From Selaginella moellendorffii (Eukaryota > Plantae > Lycopodiophyta): DNA of 64,000 nucleotides. A program made the position numbers and the translations under genes. Location of the stretch: NCBI RefSeq assembly GCF_000143415.4, contig NW_003314270.1:3085478-3149477 (forward strand). Reading direction: 5' to 3'. The notes under the pieces are model-generated. The model was not told the DNA's origin, searched no databases, and worked only from the letters and a program-made list of their open reading frames with translations. Below, piece after piece: positions 1 to 13,820 of the stretch; positions within the stretch are counted from its first letter, which is position 1; every line of letters starts with the position of its first letter.

Positions 1-23
1 GAAAAAGAGAGAGAATCTCCCCA

Positions 24-2641
24 CCTTCAACAAATCAAACACTTTCTCTGCGATGTACTTCTGCTGGATCGTCGCTCCTTTCTGCTGCACCTTATCAGGA
101 TGCACGCACAGAGTAGCTCTTCTATACACTTTCTTCACGGCCGCTCCAGTAAGTAAATCCGTGAGGGAAACGGGTTGCCACCCACATTCCGGCCACAATA
201 CCTGCGAATTCATGGACCAAAGAATTGAGTTGAATCGATCGATGCGTTTTCTACTTACATATTGCAGGGTCGAAAGCAAGGCACGAAGATTTCCTTCCTT
301 CCCTGCAGCCCATCTCTTTATCTCCGAGTCTAATGTCTCGCTAGCTCTCTGCAAAAGTATGCAACCGGATTAAGCTTCTACGCATCTTAATGTTTGAAAA
401 ACGTTTTACGTGTTTCTCCGCTTGCTCTCTCTGGGTCGCCAAATCTCTCCGATGCTTTTCATCCAGAGCTTGTCTCTATTAAACAGCACGTAAGTGCAAG
501 CGTAAAGTGTGAAACTTGGAAACACTCACTGCTCGTGCTTGTGTACGCTGATCCCGTTCCAGCCGAGCCTTCCTTCTATCAGGTGTTTCACCATCTATCT
601 CTCTGAAAGGAGAAGATGGATTGTCTAAGAGAAAGCATAGAGCCCGTTAGCCGACCATTGCACTAAAGACGCCTTCTGCTTACCAAATAAATTCGTTAAC
701 TCATCAATGCCAGAGACTGATGAGACTTTCTTCACTGGCGCGCCCGAGGAGCCTCTTTTATCACTCGAAGGAAACGGCTTCGAGAAATCCTGTAGGAAAA
801 ATACGAGGGGCTCGTCAACCAAAAATATAACAAAGGCGCCGTTTTTACCGAAGTTGGAGGTCGTTGCTTGGGAGCACTTGTTGCGCGGCCGAAGATACCC
901 CCTTCGAAGTCGTCAGACGATGATCTTTGCTCTTTCGCTTTGTTTTGCGCAGCAGCAGCTTTACGTGCTTCTTCAGCGGCTCTTTCGCGAACTTGAGCAT
1001 TGATCTTTCCCACGGCAGCTCGTTCCCCCGCCTTCTTTTCTGCTGCTATTCGTGCTTCTTCTGCTGCTCTCTCGCGCACTTGAGCATTGATTCTGTCCAC
1101 TGCTGCTCGTTCCCTTGCTCGAGTCTCGGCCGCTGCTTTTTCGGAAGCCGCTTTCTCGGCTGCTGCTCTCTCAGCAGCCCTCTGCCTAGCGTCAGCAGCT
1201 GCTCTTTCACGAGCCTCAGCCGTCGCCTTCTCCACAGCAATTCGCTCGACTCTCTCACGAGCCTGTTTCGCTGCTCTCTGCCTCGCTTCCTGAGTAGCTC
1301 TTTCAACAGCCTCCCGTTCTCTCCTCAACCTCTCCTTTTCCTCCCGTTCTCTCTGTATGCGTTCCTCTTCTTCTCTTTCCGCTTTTCTCTGCAACTCTCT
1401 TTCCTTCTCAAGCTTGTATCTTGCTTCTGCCTCGTCCTCATCGTCACTTAGTCCCCCTTGAAAGTCGTGACGACCATTCACATACGGACTCTCGTGGTAG
1501 CCAAGGCCAGGAGGTGGTCGGGAAGGAGGCGGCGCTACTGTAGGGTCGGTCAAGAGCCGCACACTGTGAACGGTCACCCAAGGTTCCTTAAACTCACGAG
1601 AAGTTCCCTCCTCCGTGAAGTCCCCTGATCCATAACTATCTGCTGGAATGTACTCTTCATTCGGGACGTAGTCCTTCGCCGGAACATACTCTTCCTGCAC
1701 CGCTTCCTCTTTTCCTTCTGGTAAAGAATCATCACTATCGTTGTCCACGTCGGCTTTCCTGGAAGAACCAAAGCTTTGTCTAACTGACTTTGGATAGCCG
1801 GTGAAGGGATCCAAAGGATCTGAAACAGAAGGTACGCCAGAGAATGGATCGGGTTCAATACCGGCGAAAGGGTCTACCTCCGTCGAAGCAGGGGCCGGTT
1901 CGTCGACAGAGATGAAAGAGCTCGGCTCTGGCTGCTTGGAAGAAGAGTACCTGGAAACAGCATTTTTAAGTTTCCAGACTTATAGGACGAAACTACAAAG
2001 AACACGTACCCGGATCCCATGCCTGGTATCAAGTCATCATCGTAAGGTGTGGAGCCAGTGTCGAACTGTGGCGGAGGAGGTTTGGTCTTTGGTCCCGATC
2101 TATATCCCCCAAGCAGATCATCCGTCGGGCTTTCACTGGAGCTAGCTCCTCCTCCACCACCACCAAAGACATTGTCGTAAGAAACGCCCGAGGAGGAGCG
2201 AGTCCCTCGCACACCCACGAAGATATCATCCTCGTAAGGAGCGTCGAAAACCGGGAGAGAGTGATCTCTGGAAGAGGACGACGATGGCGGAGGCGGCGGC
2301 TGCGATCTAAAGATGTCCTCGTAGACAGGCACCGATGGGGCGGAGGACGATGTGTGCTTGGGAGGAGCAAATTTGGGCGGACCACCGAAAACATCGTCGT
2401 AGGATCCACCCAGCGGCTCCGAGGAGGAAGAGGCATTGCGCGGCTTGGAACCAAAGAAGAGATCGTCGTCTCCGAAGGAAGCTCTGGCCGATCTAGCATT
2501 GCTGCCGCCGCTGCTGCTCTTACCCTTGATCGCCGGCTCACCCCCGGCGGATGCCGTGGCCTTGGCAGCTGACATGGGAGCCATCTTGCCCTGGGGCTTG
2601 ATGCCATAATCCCTGTGGAGCAAGTTCGCGAAATCCTCCAT
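24..2641 (-). CDS. Auxilin-like (DnaJ/J-domain) clathrin-uncoating cofactor, multi-exon; 3' end runs off the window start
   Basis: N-terminus [23 protein letters not shown], an E/R/A-rich coiled coil (732-1814), and 3' exons reading [14 protein letters not shown] / [42 protein letters not shown] (auxilin-type J-domain with HPD); GT-AG intron at about 1951-2009. Confidence 0.9.
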
Positions 2642-2881
2642 CTCCCAGATCTAGAATCTAGATCCGGCGCGCAATTAGATCGGCGACCTCGCGCTGCCGC
2701 TAAGTCGTACCTCGATTCATTCACTCACAGCATTGGCGTCTCCATCTCCGCCCTCCACACTGGGCGTGGGCGATGGGCGCCCTAATCCACAAACGCTACT
2801 AAAGCTACTGTGTAGAAGATAGCGATTACGCTAAGCAAGATACCCTAAAATGTGCCCACGCCAAGAACCCTAAAATTTCTC
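2642..2881. promoter_or_regulatory. Compact bidirectional promoter between the auxilin-like gene and rps11, with telo-box-like and site-II-like motifs
   Basis: About 240 bp between divergent ATGs; ACCCTAAAA/AACCCTAAAA near 2842 and 2866; three TGGGCG at 2761-2780. Confidence 0.5.
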
Positions 2882-3373
2882 ATGGCGCTGGCTGCGCGTA
2901 GGGCTTTGCGATCGCTGGCGGAATCGGGCGCTCTCTTCTGCCAGCGTCTCTGCGGCGTGAAGACGGCGGCATCGCCCAGCGGCGGCGCGGCAGCAGCGGG
3001 AGGATCGGGATCGGCGCCGCCGCGCAAGACCGGAATCGCGCACTCGCGCTTCACGCACGGCAATGTGTTTGTCACGATCACGGATTTCGAGGGCAACGCG
3101 AGGGCGCAGGCGTCGGCGGGGATGTGTGGATTCAAGGGCTCGCATCGCGACTCCAAGTTTGCGGCGAATGCGGTGGCGGAGCAGGCGGCGCGAGGGGCCG
3201 CGCAGCTGGGGATGAAAGCGGTGGAGGTGAGGCTCAAAGGAGGATTTGGGGTGGGCAAGAGGAAGTACTTGCTGCGAGGATTCAAGCAGGGCGGGCTCAC
3301 AGTGCTCAAGATCAGGGACGTGACCGCCATTCCTTTCAATGGATGCCGCCCTCCAAAGAAGCGCAGGGTCTAG
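2882..3373 (+). CDS. rps11: Nuclear-encoded organellar (probably mitochondrial) ribosomal protein S11, intronless
   Basis: uS11 motifs NVFVTITD, ASAGMCGFKG and IRDVTAIPFNGCRPPKKRRV; Arg/Ala/Ser-rich N-terminal extension resembling a presequence; ATG at 2882. Confidence 0.9.
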   Translation: MALAARRALRSLAESGALFCQRLCGVKTAASPSGGAAAAGGSGSAPPRKTGIAHSRFTHGNVFVTITDFEGNARAQASAGMCGFKGSHRDSKFAANAVAEQAARGAAQLGMKAVEVRLKGGFGVGKRKYLLRGFKQGGLTVLKIRDVTAIPFNGCRPPKKRRV

Positions 3374-4790
3374 AATTCCATTCTTTGTTGGGCGATCGTT
3401 CATGGTTTTGGAAATGGCCTTGCGAGATCGTTCGCAAGTCCCGGCTGGTATGTGTCCCCTCGATCATTGTGGAAGGAAAAAGGTAGTCGATCTTGTGATA
3501 TCGCCTTCTTTCTTCTCGAACAGATCATTGTTGGAAGGCGTGAGATTGATTCCAGGAAGAAACTTGCTGGTGGGCAACACTGTTCTTCTCGAGGCAAGGA
3601 AAGCTCTACTTTTAACTTTCTCGATTGCTTCTTCTTGGCATCATCTCCGCAGTGGAATTCTTGTTCACCATCTCTTTTGCAGATCTTGCTTAGTGACAAC
3701 AGTGAAGTTTTTTTTTTACACCTCTCGCTCCCCTTTGTTCTTGAAAAGACCCCAACTAAAATGGTGGGCTTTGGCTTGATTACAATTCGATCCTTTCTCT
3801 CTCTCTCTCTCTCTGCTGCCTGCATCATCGAATCGAAGTCGGCTGGATGATGATGCTGATGTATCATCATCACACTGCATTGTGCTGATTCGATCCATCT
3901 GTTGACTGTTTCGCATGGAGTCCAAGGTTCGCCCCAAAGCTGGACAGAACTTTTCAAGAAGACACACTCACAACAAAGAGAGCATGTAAAAAGAAAAAAA
4001 AAAGGAAAAATTCGCCCATACCCATGATTTTGCAAGAGAGAATCCACCCTTTCATCAGAAAGTCTAACAAAATTTTCACCCAAAGTCAATCGTGCTCTTA
4101 TGTGCGTCCGACAACTTTTCTTATAAAAAGCGAGAAAAAATATCCCACCAAGTGGATAAAAAAGATAAGAAAAACAGTTAAAAAGGAAAAATTCTAGAAA
4201 CCATAACGAAGAAGACCTTTCAATAAATTTTAGGGCAAAGGGTTTGTTGCTCCACGCCACTCCAAGTCGCATTGGAGGCGAAAAAGAAATGAAAACAAAT
4301 CCGGTGGTACGCCTGTATGGAAGATTTGCTGTGGCCCGCATATCATATGTCTATGGTTTGGATGGACATGCCAACCGGTCGGTCCCAAAATCAAATCCTG
4401 TACGGCGCGCGTACGGCCGCGCGGGTTGTGGCCACGGCTTTGGGCCATGTGTGAGCTCTCTCTCGAGCACACACACACACACACAGCGAAAGCAATAGTC
4501 CCTCTTCTCGCCCAGGCCGCCAGGAGGAGAGAGGATGGGCTAAATCGATTGATCGCGCGAGGTGAGAGAGAGAGGAGAGATTTTGGGAGAGAGATGAGCA
4601 CGCATTCTACCAGGGGAGTGATAGATGGGTCGGCGGAGGTTCTCCGAGGGAGCGATGGAGCGAGTTTTGGTACTGGGTCGTGGAATGTGGCCTCTGGGCG
4701 ACGGGTTTTAGGATCGTCCATGGAGTGGCAGTGTGGAGCTTAGCAAGAGAGGGAAAGAGTGAAGAAGAAAAAATCCCAAGAAATCGATCG

Positions 4791-7700
4791 ATGTGTCAAG
4801 TTCCTCCACCGCGGGACGATGTGAGCTTCTTAGCGGCAGCGGCGGCTGCTGTGAGGATCAAGCTCCCGAGGAAGAGCAGAGAGGCAATGCCGGAGGAGAA
4901 GCTCTCCACCACGGAGGAGCTCAAGGCGCGAGCTAGGAATTCTTCGTGGAAGCACCAAGTTAACAGCAACTTGGTGATGATCACGTCCTCCTCGTCTTCT
5001 TCCAGGGGGCGATTGCTGGGACCATCGAGCGCCACCACCACGCAGACGATCCAGCAGACAACCACGCAAACCACGACTCAAACCACGACCACGATGAGTA
5101 GTAGCAGCAGTGGCAGCAGTGGAAGCGCTAGCATGAGCAAGCAGCGCCACGTAAAATACTTTGGGGAGAAGTATCACGGCAAGCTGCTGGTTCTTTGGTT
5201 GATCCTCGGGCTTGGAGCCGCGGTCTACATCAATCACTCGCTCACGGACTCCTACATTGAGCGCCGGAGGGAGACGCTCGCGAATATGTGCAAGGAGCGA
5301 GCGTGGATGCTCCAGGACCAGTTTAATTCCAGCATGAACCACGTCCGATCCTTGACGGCCCTCGTCACCACTTTCCATCTCGCGAAGCAGCCATCCGCGC
5401 TCGATCAGGCAAGGCAGTTTTTCTGGTTTTTGCTCGAAAGTTGGCCTTGTTCTTGAGAGCTTTTCTCTCAAGAACAAGGCCAGCTTTCGAGCTTTTGGAG
5501 TTGGAACTTTAGCTCAGCTTTGGTGGTTTGTTGCTTTGCAGGAGACTTTTGCGGCCTACACTGCGAGGACGTCCTTCGAGAGGCCGCTCATGTCCGGGGT
5601 GGCGTATGCTCACAAGGTGGAGCACTGGCAACGGCGAGCTTTCGAGGAGGAGATGGGATGGAGCATCAAAGAGATGCGAAGCAATGCTCCGCGAGCTCAG
5701 AACCTGGACGAGTACGCTCCTACGGTTCTCTCGCAGAACACTCTCGCTCATCTAGCGTCCGTGGACATGATGTCTGGCGAGGTTTGCTATAAGTTTTCGA
5801 ATTTTTTTCCAAAGTTTTCCTCCATCAACTTAAGCGCTTCTTTTGTGGCTTTTGTAGGAGGATCGAGAGAACATCTTACGCTCCCGAGCAAGCGGCAAGG
5901 GAGCTCTCACGAGTCCGTTCCGGCTTCTCGAGTCGGATCACTTGGGAGTTGTTCTTACGTTCACAGTCTACAAGACGGATCTTCCAGACGACGCAACGCC
6001 TGCTCAACGCATCCAAGCGACCGCTGGGTCTGTAACTCTGCTCACACTACTCTAGATCTTCTCAATACCACTGTTTGCTCTACCACCAACATCACTCAGT
6101 AGCACATACCGCACAGACAGAAAAAGAGAGATGAAGAAGATCATGGAAGGTTTCTCTATTTTTCTGATGGGAAGGGCCATGGCTGTGCTGCAGCTATGTA
6201 GGTGGAGCATTTGACTTCGAGTCGCTTGTGGAGAACCTTTTGCGGCAGCTGTCCGAAAGCCAGACCATCATTGTCAATGTCAACGATGTCACGAACAAGT
6301 CCAATCCGCTTGTCATGTACGGCCCAAACATTCCCGACGGGAACGAGATCGAAGTATGTCAGCTCGAGTTTGGGGATCCCTTCCGGAAGCACGAGATGCG
6401 ATGCAGGTGAAAGCAATCTCCATTCTCGTATCAAAGTTTCGAAAGAAAGTCTCGAGAGTTTGTCTATAATTCTCTCAGGAGCTTACTCTTAGATTTGTTC
6501 TCTCCCAGGTTTAACAAGGAAGCGTCTGTTGTGTGGACGGCGATCACCACCACCTTTGGAATCGTTGTCATTGTTTTGCTGGTGGCTCAAATCTTCTACG
6601 CGGCTGGCAACCGCATCGCCAAAGTCGAGGAGGATTATCGCAAGATGGAAGATCTTAAAGTTCGAGCCGAGTCGGCCGATGTTGCGAAGTCTCAGGTACG
6701 ATTAGATCACCTCTACTGTGGACTCACGAGATTTTTCTAACTATGTAGTTCCTGGCTACTGTATCACACGAGATCCGGACTCCCATGAATGGCGTGCTTG
6801 GTGCGTAAGACCTGGTTGAAAGATTCCTTCTTGCGATTTTAACTGTTTTTTTCTTCTGCGCAGGCATGTTGCAAATGCTCATGGACACGGAGCTCGATTC
6901 GACACAGCGGGATTACGCTCACACGGCCCTCGAAAGTGGGAAGCAACTCATAAAACTTATCAACGAAGTCTTGGACCAGGCCAAGATCGAGTCCGGCAGG
7001 ATGGAGCTCGAGACTGTCCCTTTCAAGCTACGCACGATTCTCGACGATATTCTCACGCTCTTTTCTGCGGAGAACAAGGACAAAGGAATCGAAGTAAGCT
7101 TTTGTTTACTAGTATTTAGATTGCTACATAGCAAAATGATCTCCAATCTTGTATAAGATCTCCAATCCCGTTTCTTACGTGCTTGCAGCTGGCGGCATAC
7201 GTTTCCGAGAGAGTCCCTGACGTTGTCCTTGGGGATCCCGTTCGGCTCCACCAGATCGTGACCAACTTGGTTGGAAACTCAATCAAGGTACGTAGATCTT
7301 CCAAGCTGTTTCCTTGAACACCCTCATGATCCGGATCGATATATCATTTTCAAATGGTCGGTTTCTTTTCTCTCGCAGTTCACGGATCGCGGGCATATCT
7401 TCGTCTCCGTGCACCTGGAAGAGGACGTGAAAGCCGCAATGTCAGCACAATGCGAGGCGTGCTCGAAACAAGTCACGGAGACGCAAGATCACTCGGACAA
7501 ACTTAACACCGTAGACGCTGCGGGATCGTGCAGCACGCTGAGCGGTCTCGAGGCCGCCGATCGAAGGAACAACTGGGAGACTTTCAAGCTCATACTGAAA
7601 CAGGAGAAGTCCCGGCTCACAACTCACAAGCAACCGGTTGACACAGTGAAGCTAGTTTTTAGCGTCGAAGACACAGGAGTGGGGATCCCCGTCCACGCAC

Positions 7701-8975
7701 AGGAGAGAGTTTTCTCGCCATTCATGCAAGCCGATAGCTCTACCTCGCGGAACTATGGTGGGACTGGGATCGGCCTCAGCATCTCCAAGTGTCTGGTGGA
7801 GCTCATGAAAGGAGAGATTGGCTTCGTGAGCAGCCTTGGAGTTGGGACAACGTTTTGGTTCACCGTCAACTTCAAGGTGGGAGATCTAGAAGCGCTCGAG
7901 GCTGCTCACAGCGCCGAGTGCTCCAAGCAGCAGCGAGCAGCACACTCGTCAACGCCGCTCACGACGCAGCTGAGTGGACTCAAAGCTCTCGTCGTGGATG
8001 GACGGCCCGTTCGATCGGAGGTGACGAGATATCACTTGCGGAGGCTCGGGATCCAGGTCGACGTTGCGAGTGATGTCTCCTCAGCTCTAGCTCACCAAAG
8101 ATCCAAGTAAGTCCTTCCATTTTAGAGAAGATCGTGTAGTTTGAGATAGATGGTCATCGGATCTTATTTGTTTTCTCGGTCACAGGAACTTAGATATGAT
8201 TCTGATAGACAAAGATGCGTGGGGTTCTTCCACGGGGCTCTCGTATCCCAGCAAGATCAAGGAGGCGGGACCAACTTTAGCACCGAAGCTCGTGCTCCTC
8301 GCCTTCGACGACGACGAGCACAAGGCCAAGGCCGCTGGCTTTTCGGACAACGTGATAAAGAAGCCGCTCCGAGCAAGCTACATCGCAAATCATCTCGAGA
8401 AAGCGCTGGGGCTGGATCTCAAGAGGAGAACACGAGAATCAAGCACTCCCACCAGCAGTAGCAGCGACACTAGCGCCAGCATCAACAGCGGGAGTGGCAG
8501 CAGCAACAATCTCCACAGTCTCCTCACCGGGAAATGGATCCTGGTGGTGGACGACAACAAAGTTAACCGGAGAGTAGCGGCGGGAGCGCTACAAAAGTAT
8601 GGCGCTCGCGTCGAGTGCGTCGAGAGTGGGAGGCTGGCCATCGAGAAGCTGGAGCCGCCGCACAAGTTCGATGCGTGCTTCATGGACATCCAAATGCCGG
8701 AGATGGACGGGTGAGTGAGCGCGTGATCTTTCCGAAGTTTCCAAGCCAAGATTATCTAGACGATCAACTTACGATCACTCTCTTCCAGGTTTGAGGCGAC
8801 GAGGAGGATACGATGCTTCGAGAAGCGTGGAGGGTCTCACGTCCCCATCCTGGCAATGACGGCGGACGTGATCCAGGCAACTTACGACGAGTGCCGGCGC
8901 TGTGGAATGGACGACTACGTGAGCAAGCCGTTCGAGGAGAAGCAGCTGTATAGAGCCGTGGCCAAATTTTTTTGA
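4791..8975 (+). CDS. CRE1: CHASE-domain hybrid histidine kinase, cytokinin receptor (CRE1/AHK4-like), multi-exon
   Basis: TM helix then ETLANMCKERAWMLQDQF; CHASE exons (TFAAYTARTSFERPLMSGVAYA); H-box FLATVSHEIRTPMNGVLG; G-box EDTGVGIP..GGTGIGLSI; receiver-like and receiver domains (DACFMDIQMPEMDGFEAT); stop at 8973-8975; start codon uncertain (4791 or 4888). Confidence 0.93.
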
Positions 8976-9200
8976 GAAAAAAAAACGAGAAAAAAAGTAA
9001 AGGAAAAACGTATCTAAGCTCTTTCTCGCAAACGTAGCACTTTTGTAGTAAGCGCGATTCCAAAGAACTCTCCTCTCTTATATGAAAGTTGCCACCTTTG
9101 TAGTAACAAAGTTCCAATCACATCTTATAAATCTTGGCGAAAGCATGTAAGTGCTTACCATCCAACACCTCGCGCATTGGTTTTAGGGCTCTGTGAGAAG

Positions 9201-10256
9201 ATGACGTGTGGTGGTAAGCCAAGTGGCATCTCCGCAAGCCAACGGCCGCGCACCCTCTCTAAATGCGAGACTGCGATCGATCCGGTTCTCGCGAGAGAAG
9301 AAGGAAGGATGGAGGCGATCGATCGCGGCGATGGCGGTGGCTGTAAGGAGGAAGAATGGTGGGGATGGCTGTGGATCGTCTTCTCCAAACTGGACGGCCG
9401 GAGCCTGGCATCGTGCTGCTGCGTTTCGCGGGCGTGGCAGCAAGCGGCGGGGCAGGAGGAGCTGTGGCGCGGGCTGTGCGCCGCGGCGTGGCCGGGGCTG
9501 GCGCTGAGCGATTGCGGCGAGAAGGCGGTGAGTGTGGCGGGGGGATACCGCCGCTTCTACGGCATCCGGATGAGTGCCGCCGCGCAGCTCGGTGGCGGCG
9601 GTGGGCGATCCAGCCGCAGCAATCCCCGGCTGCGATTGCGGGAGCTCGTGTTTTTTCTCGACGTCCACTACAGGGACTCGCCGGTTTGCTCCATGGCCAG
9701 GGGCGGCGACACGCTCAAGCGGATGTTTCAAGCGGCAGCGGCGCCGCCGGAGCTCCACGATCATCTCGACAACGATGACGAAGATCAAGGTACATTTCGA
9801 TTCGTGGTGGAGATCCCGACCTCTACGGGCGCCAGCGACGTGGATGCTCATCAACGTTCTACTGATGGCAATGTCGATTGCGCGGTGTGGGTGGGGAACT
9901 CCGGCAGCAATAGGTGGAGCAAGAAGGAGATACGCGACTTTACGATCAGCTGGGCGGTGATGGTGCGTGGCAGCCCAAAGGTTTTCCAGATCCTGCGCTC
10001 GCGGCAGCCGGGGCAAGTGGTCGGCAATACTTGCAACTACTCGGAGAGGCTGCCCATCCATTCGTGCTGCTGCTGCTTGAGCGAGACGAATCACGTAGCG
10101 GAGGTGGATCTCTACTTTTCAGCTGATGGCGGGGGACTGTTTCTTCGCGAGCTGCGGTGTAGCATCCTTAATACGGATTGTTGGAGGTATTTCACTCAAG
10201 TGCAGGCGTTGCAGTACCTCCAACATGCACTCCTCCACGACTGCCAATTTTCATAG
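9201..10256 (+). CDS. Intronless F-box protein
   Basis: F-box-like LWIVFSKLDGRSLASCCCVSRAWQQAAGQEELWRGLC; long GC-rich ORF; start may be at 9309. Confidence 0.8.
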   Translation: MTCGGKPSGISASQRPRTLSKCETAIDPVLAREEGRMEAIDRGDGGGCKEEEWWGWLWIVFSKLDGRSLASCCCVSRAWQQAAGQEELWRGLCAAAWPGLALSDCGEKAVSVAGGYRRFYGIRMSAAAQLGGGGGRSSRSNPRLRLRELVFFLDVHYRDSPVCSMARGGDTLKRMFQAAAAPPELHDHLDNDDEDQGTFRFVVEIPTSTGASDVDAHQRSTDGNVDCAVWVGNSGSNRWSKKEIRDFTISWAVMVRGSPKVFQILRSRQPGQVVGNTCNYSERLPIHSCCCCLSETNHVAEVDLYFSADGGGLFLRELRCSILNTDCWRYFTQVQALQYLQHALLHDCQFS

Positions 10257-13200
10257 TTAGACGATCACAAAACAAAAAAGCACTTAAATCTACGAATGTT
10301 TTTTAGCTTATGTTTATTCTATTAGAATAATTAAATTTAATGTTATACATTAGTTTAATAAGTTAGTACAATTGTGACTTTACTTGTGAAATATTTATAT
10401 TTCACATCCCAATCGTCTGTGCAAAGATCACTTTGGAGGTCATGATAAGTCTTTCAAACAGTATCCTCACCATGTTTGTCAGGGTGTATGTTATTGGCTA
10501 TTTAGTCCACTTTGTATGCTTCAACCTCCACTATGACAATGCATTTGTGTGTTAGAGATTTTGTCACCAATGCCAAAGGTGGCAATTTGTGTTTTCTAAA
10601 ATTAACCACTAGTCTTGTGTAGTTGCAAAACCAAGTAAAGACCTCAAGCTGTTTCTGTAGTATTAAATGGGGTGGAGGCTAGAAGTAGCAAGTCTGTCTG
10701 AATAGAATACTAGGTATAAATATAAGCCAGCTATTTTATCTCTAAGAGGTGGTTACTGATGAATAATGTTTCGATGTATAAGCCAAATAGAGTTGGAGGA
10801 CGTGGGCATCCTTATTTGACTTCTATTGTTGTAGTAATATCTCCCTGATGCAAAATCAGCAAGGATGGCATCGTGTTAAGATTAGACTACTTGAATTATG
10901 TTTGGTGGTGCTCTTATTGCCTTTAAGTGATTTATTAAGCACTGTTGTGGTACTGTGTCAAAAACTTTCTTAAAGGCTACGAAGTAATAGATTGAGTGCT
11001 TGCCATTCATCATTATCCTTTTGTGTATAGTATGAAGTGTGATGGATGGTCAACACAACTGTATTGTGGTTGAAAGTATGGCATGTTATTCGTAAACTGG
11101 TGCTGCTTGAAAAAAGACTGTACTGCGCAATATTGTGTTTGCTAGGTGGCAACATTTGATGGGCCTGCCATAACTATGTTGTTATTATGCACATCCGATA
11201 GGCATCCAATGTGATTCGTTGCTTTTTATGATCATCCATACATGCCTATTATGCGGTGTGGCCCATGGCACATGTCTGGTCATCCTTTGATTAGGGTCAT
11301 TTTTTAGGTGAGGATTGCTTGTTGCTAAGCGGGGCATCATGGTGGAGTCCAGATCCAAGGGTATTAGTATTGAAAAATCCAACAAAATAGCAAAGTGGTT
11401 CATATTTGAAATAGTTGAATGGTCTTATTTTCTTTCTATGATAGGATTTGTAAAGAGGTTTTGACATATAGCATACATAGTTAGGTCTAACAAACATGAG
11501 TAAGTTTCTATTGTTAATTTCAAATATTTTTACTATAGATAACAACAGTTTTTTGCTTGAGATTTTTGTCAGGAGCAAGATGGTATAAGTGGACAGTCTA
11601 TCCCATATGATTCAGACTCTTCTTCAACATTTGAGAGGGATAACAGGAGCAATGCATAAAGATATATAATTTTGTGTTCAAAGTAAAATTTTAAGCATAT
11701 GATTGTAGGAATTGCAACATTTCTTGAATTCTAGAGGTTATAGCAATCCAACTGCTTTTTATTTGTGGATGCACTTGAAGATTTGTAAGACCAAGACAAT
11801 GGATTACTTGGCATCTTATCTATAAATTTCAAAACCAACATTGTACAAATATATGAGGTTTGTTGATGTAAATTGGAGAGGCATATACAATAAGATACCT
11901 CCATTAGAGGTACTTCATTATGTCCTCACTAGTGTTGTTATAAATCATGGTGGTACTACATGGGGGATTATGAATGCTTGCTCAAGCTGTCAAACAGCAA
12001 AATATCTTTTTACCTGACATCAAATTCGCAAAGCTTTAGTTATACACAACCTTACAAGGTTCGCACAAAGTCACTTGTCTAAGATTTGGAGGCAGATATA
12101 TACTAATGAAGTGCCTTATGCACTGTGCCACATAGATTGTGAGTACTTGATTTAGTTTTCAAACTTCTTTATGTTACCATCTCATTGTAAACTAATATTA
12201 TATAGATTTTATGTCCTTGCCATGATTTGTGGTGTTGCACATTACATCGTCACTTGTGAGTTATTGACTACAAAGTAGTCATATGCAATTTTCAACACCT
12301 ATGCACATCTTGTTCACAAATTTAGTCATCCAAAACACACTAGAGGCCAATGATGTGGAGAAAGATATGAATAGAATATGGCTTTTATCCATGGCACTTC
12401 AGCATGAAACTAGGTCCAAAAATATCTACTCAAATCCTTTTAAATTTTGGTTTTCTTCTTCCAGTGCATTGAGCATCTCTAGAGAGAGCTTTATGAGAAA
12501 GTGATATGGTTTTATAAACAATTATTCAAGTCAATGGAAGATATTAACATTTTAGATGTGTCAAATACATGGCATATGCAAAGCTTGAGGTGCATATTTG
12601 CACCTTATATTGCCAAGGACCTTGTGCATTGAGTTGTGACTTGGAACCTTTATGAGGTTTGAGCATTTCAAAATGGTGACTATTTCAGAGCTTCTCATGT
12701 TTTTACTAATTTGTTTCAACCTATGGAGAGCGAGCTTAGGTAAGAACATATATATATATGCTTTTTATATCTTTAATATGTTTATTGTTTTTACAACGTA
12801 GTTAGAGCATTGAGCAGTAAGGATATTGAACTCTTTCCTAGACCATTTCTATGCAATGTTGAAGGCCACAGGTATTTAGTTCTACCTTTTGTGTGGTGTT
12901 TCCTACCCTAAGAAAGGGAAACACCACACAAAAGTGTTTTCCTCCTTGTTTTGAGCAGCACATAGCAACACTCCAAAATCAAGCATTTTCACTTTATCAT
13001 ACTGTGGTAAATTTGGATGAACAATACCTTCTACACTTGAACTTATCAATGCAATGTGCATTAGTAGATGTAGAAGGCATCCTATTCATAGACTATATTG
13101 TAACAACACTACCTATGGCAACTCCAGTCACTAGAAGAGCTCTTAAGAAGTTGCAGATGGCCATTCTCCATCTAGCTTAGTTTTGAATTCTTTAAAATTT

Positions 13201-13340
13201 GTTAATTCTTTCAGGTTTATTCCAATTTTAAGAAGTGGAATTCAAATGTTATCACCAAATATGTATTAGTATTATTGATTCACAAATAAAAATATATCAA
13301 AGCATGATTATATTTTGTAATGCACTCTATCTCTCTCTCT

Positions 13341-13726
13341 TTAAGTCTACTGGAAAATAGGCAATTGCTTAATGAGAGAGCCTTTAATACCTATTTTATC
13401 CCCATTTATCCCCTAAGATTGCAAGGATTCACAATGATAAATCTCATCTCATGATCATATATGCTACACTATATTTTTAGATCGAAAGATGAAATGTGAA
13501 ATTGAATAACATGTTTTGGATCATATGACAAGATATAGAAGGTAATAATTTTATATGAAAAACATATATGCTATAATTTGGTATAAGAGCTAAGTGTAGC
13601 ACATGTGATCATGACATTTAGATATTTTGTTACTGTGGATCTTTAGAATTTTAGGGGATAAATGGGGATAAAATAACCACTAAAGACTGTTTTATTAAGT
13701 ATTTGCCCTTTTTTTAGTTAGCTTAA
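13341..13726. mobile_element. Foldback/MITE-like element with about 130-bp imperfect inverted arms
   Basis: Perfect 25-bp inverted match 13392-13416 vs 13651-13675, extending imperfectly on both sides; boundaries approximate, no TSD identified. Confidence 0.6.
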
Positions 13727-13820
13727 GGGGAAAAAAGATTCACAATCCTAAATATGCTCTTGAATGTTGTTCAAGTCCATGTATGCATCAACACAAAGCT
13801 CTCTAAAAAGGCATGGTATT

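Noticed and set aside
3400-4341. 313-aa minus-strand ORF
   Set aside because: Runs through microsatellites and A-tracts in intergenic/UTR sequence; composition is not protein-like
9183-10094. 303-aa minus-strand ORF
   Set aside because: Antisense shadow of the GC-rich F-box gene
10300-13300. Specific identity for this AT-rich, CpG-poor stretch
   Set aside because: Probably an old repeat fossil, but I could not recognise any domain or terminus
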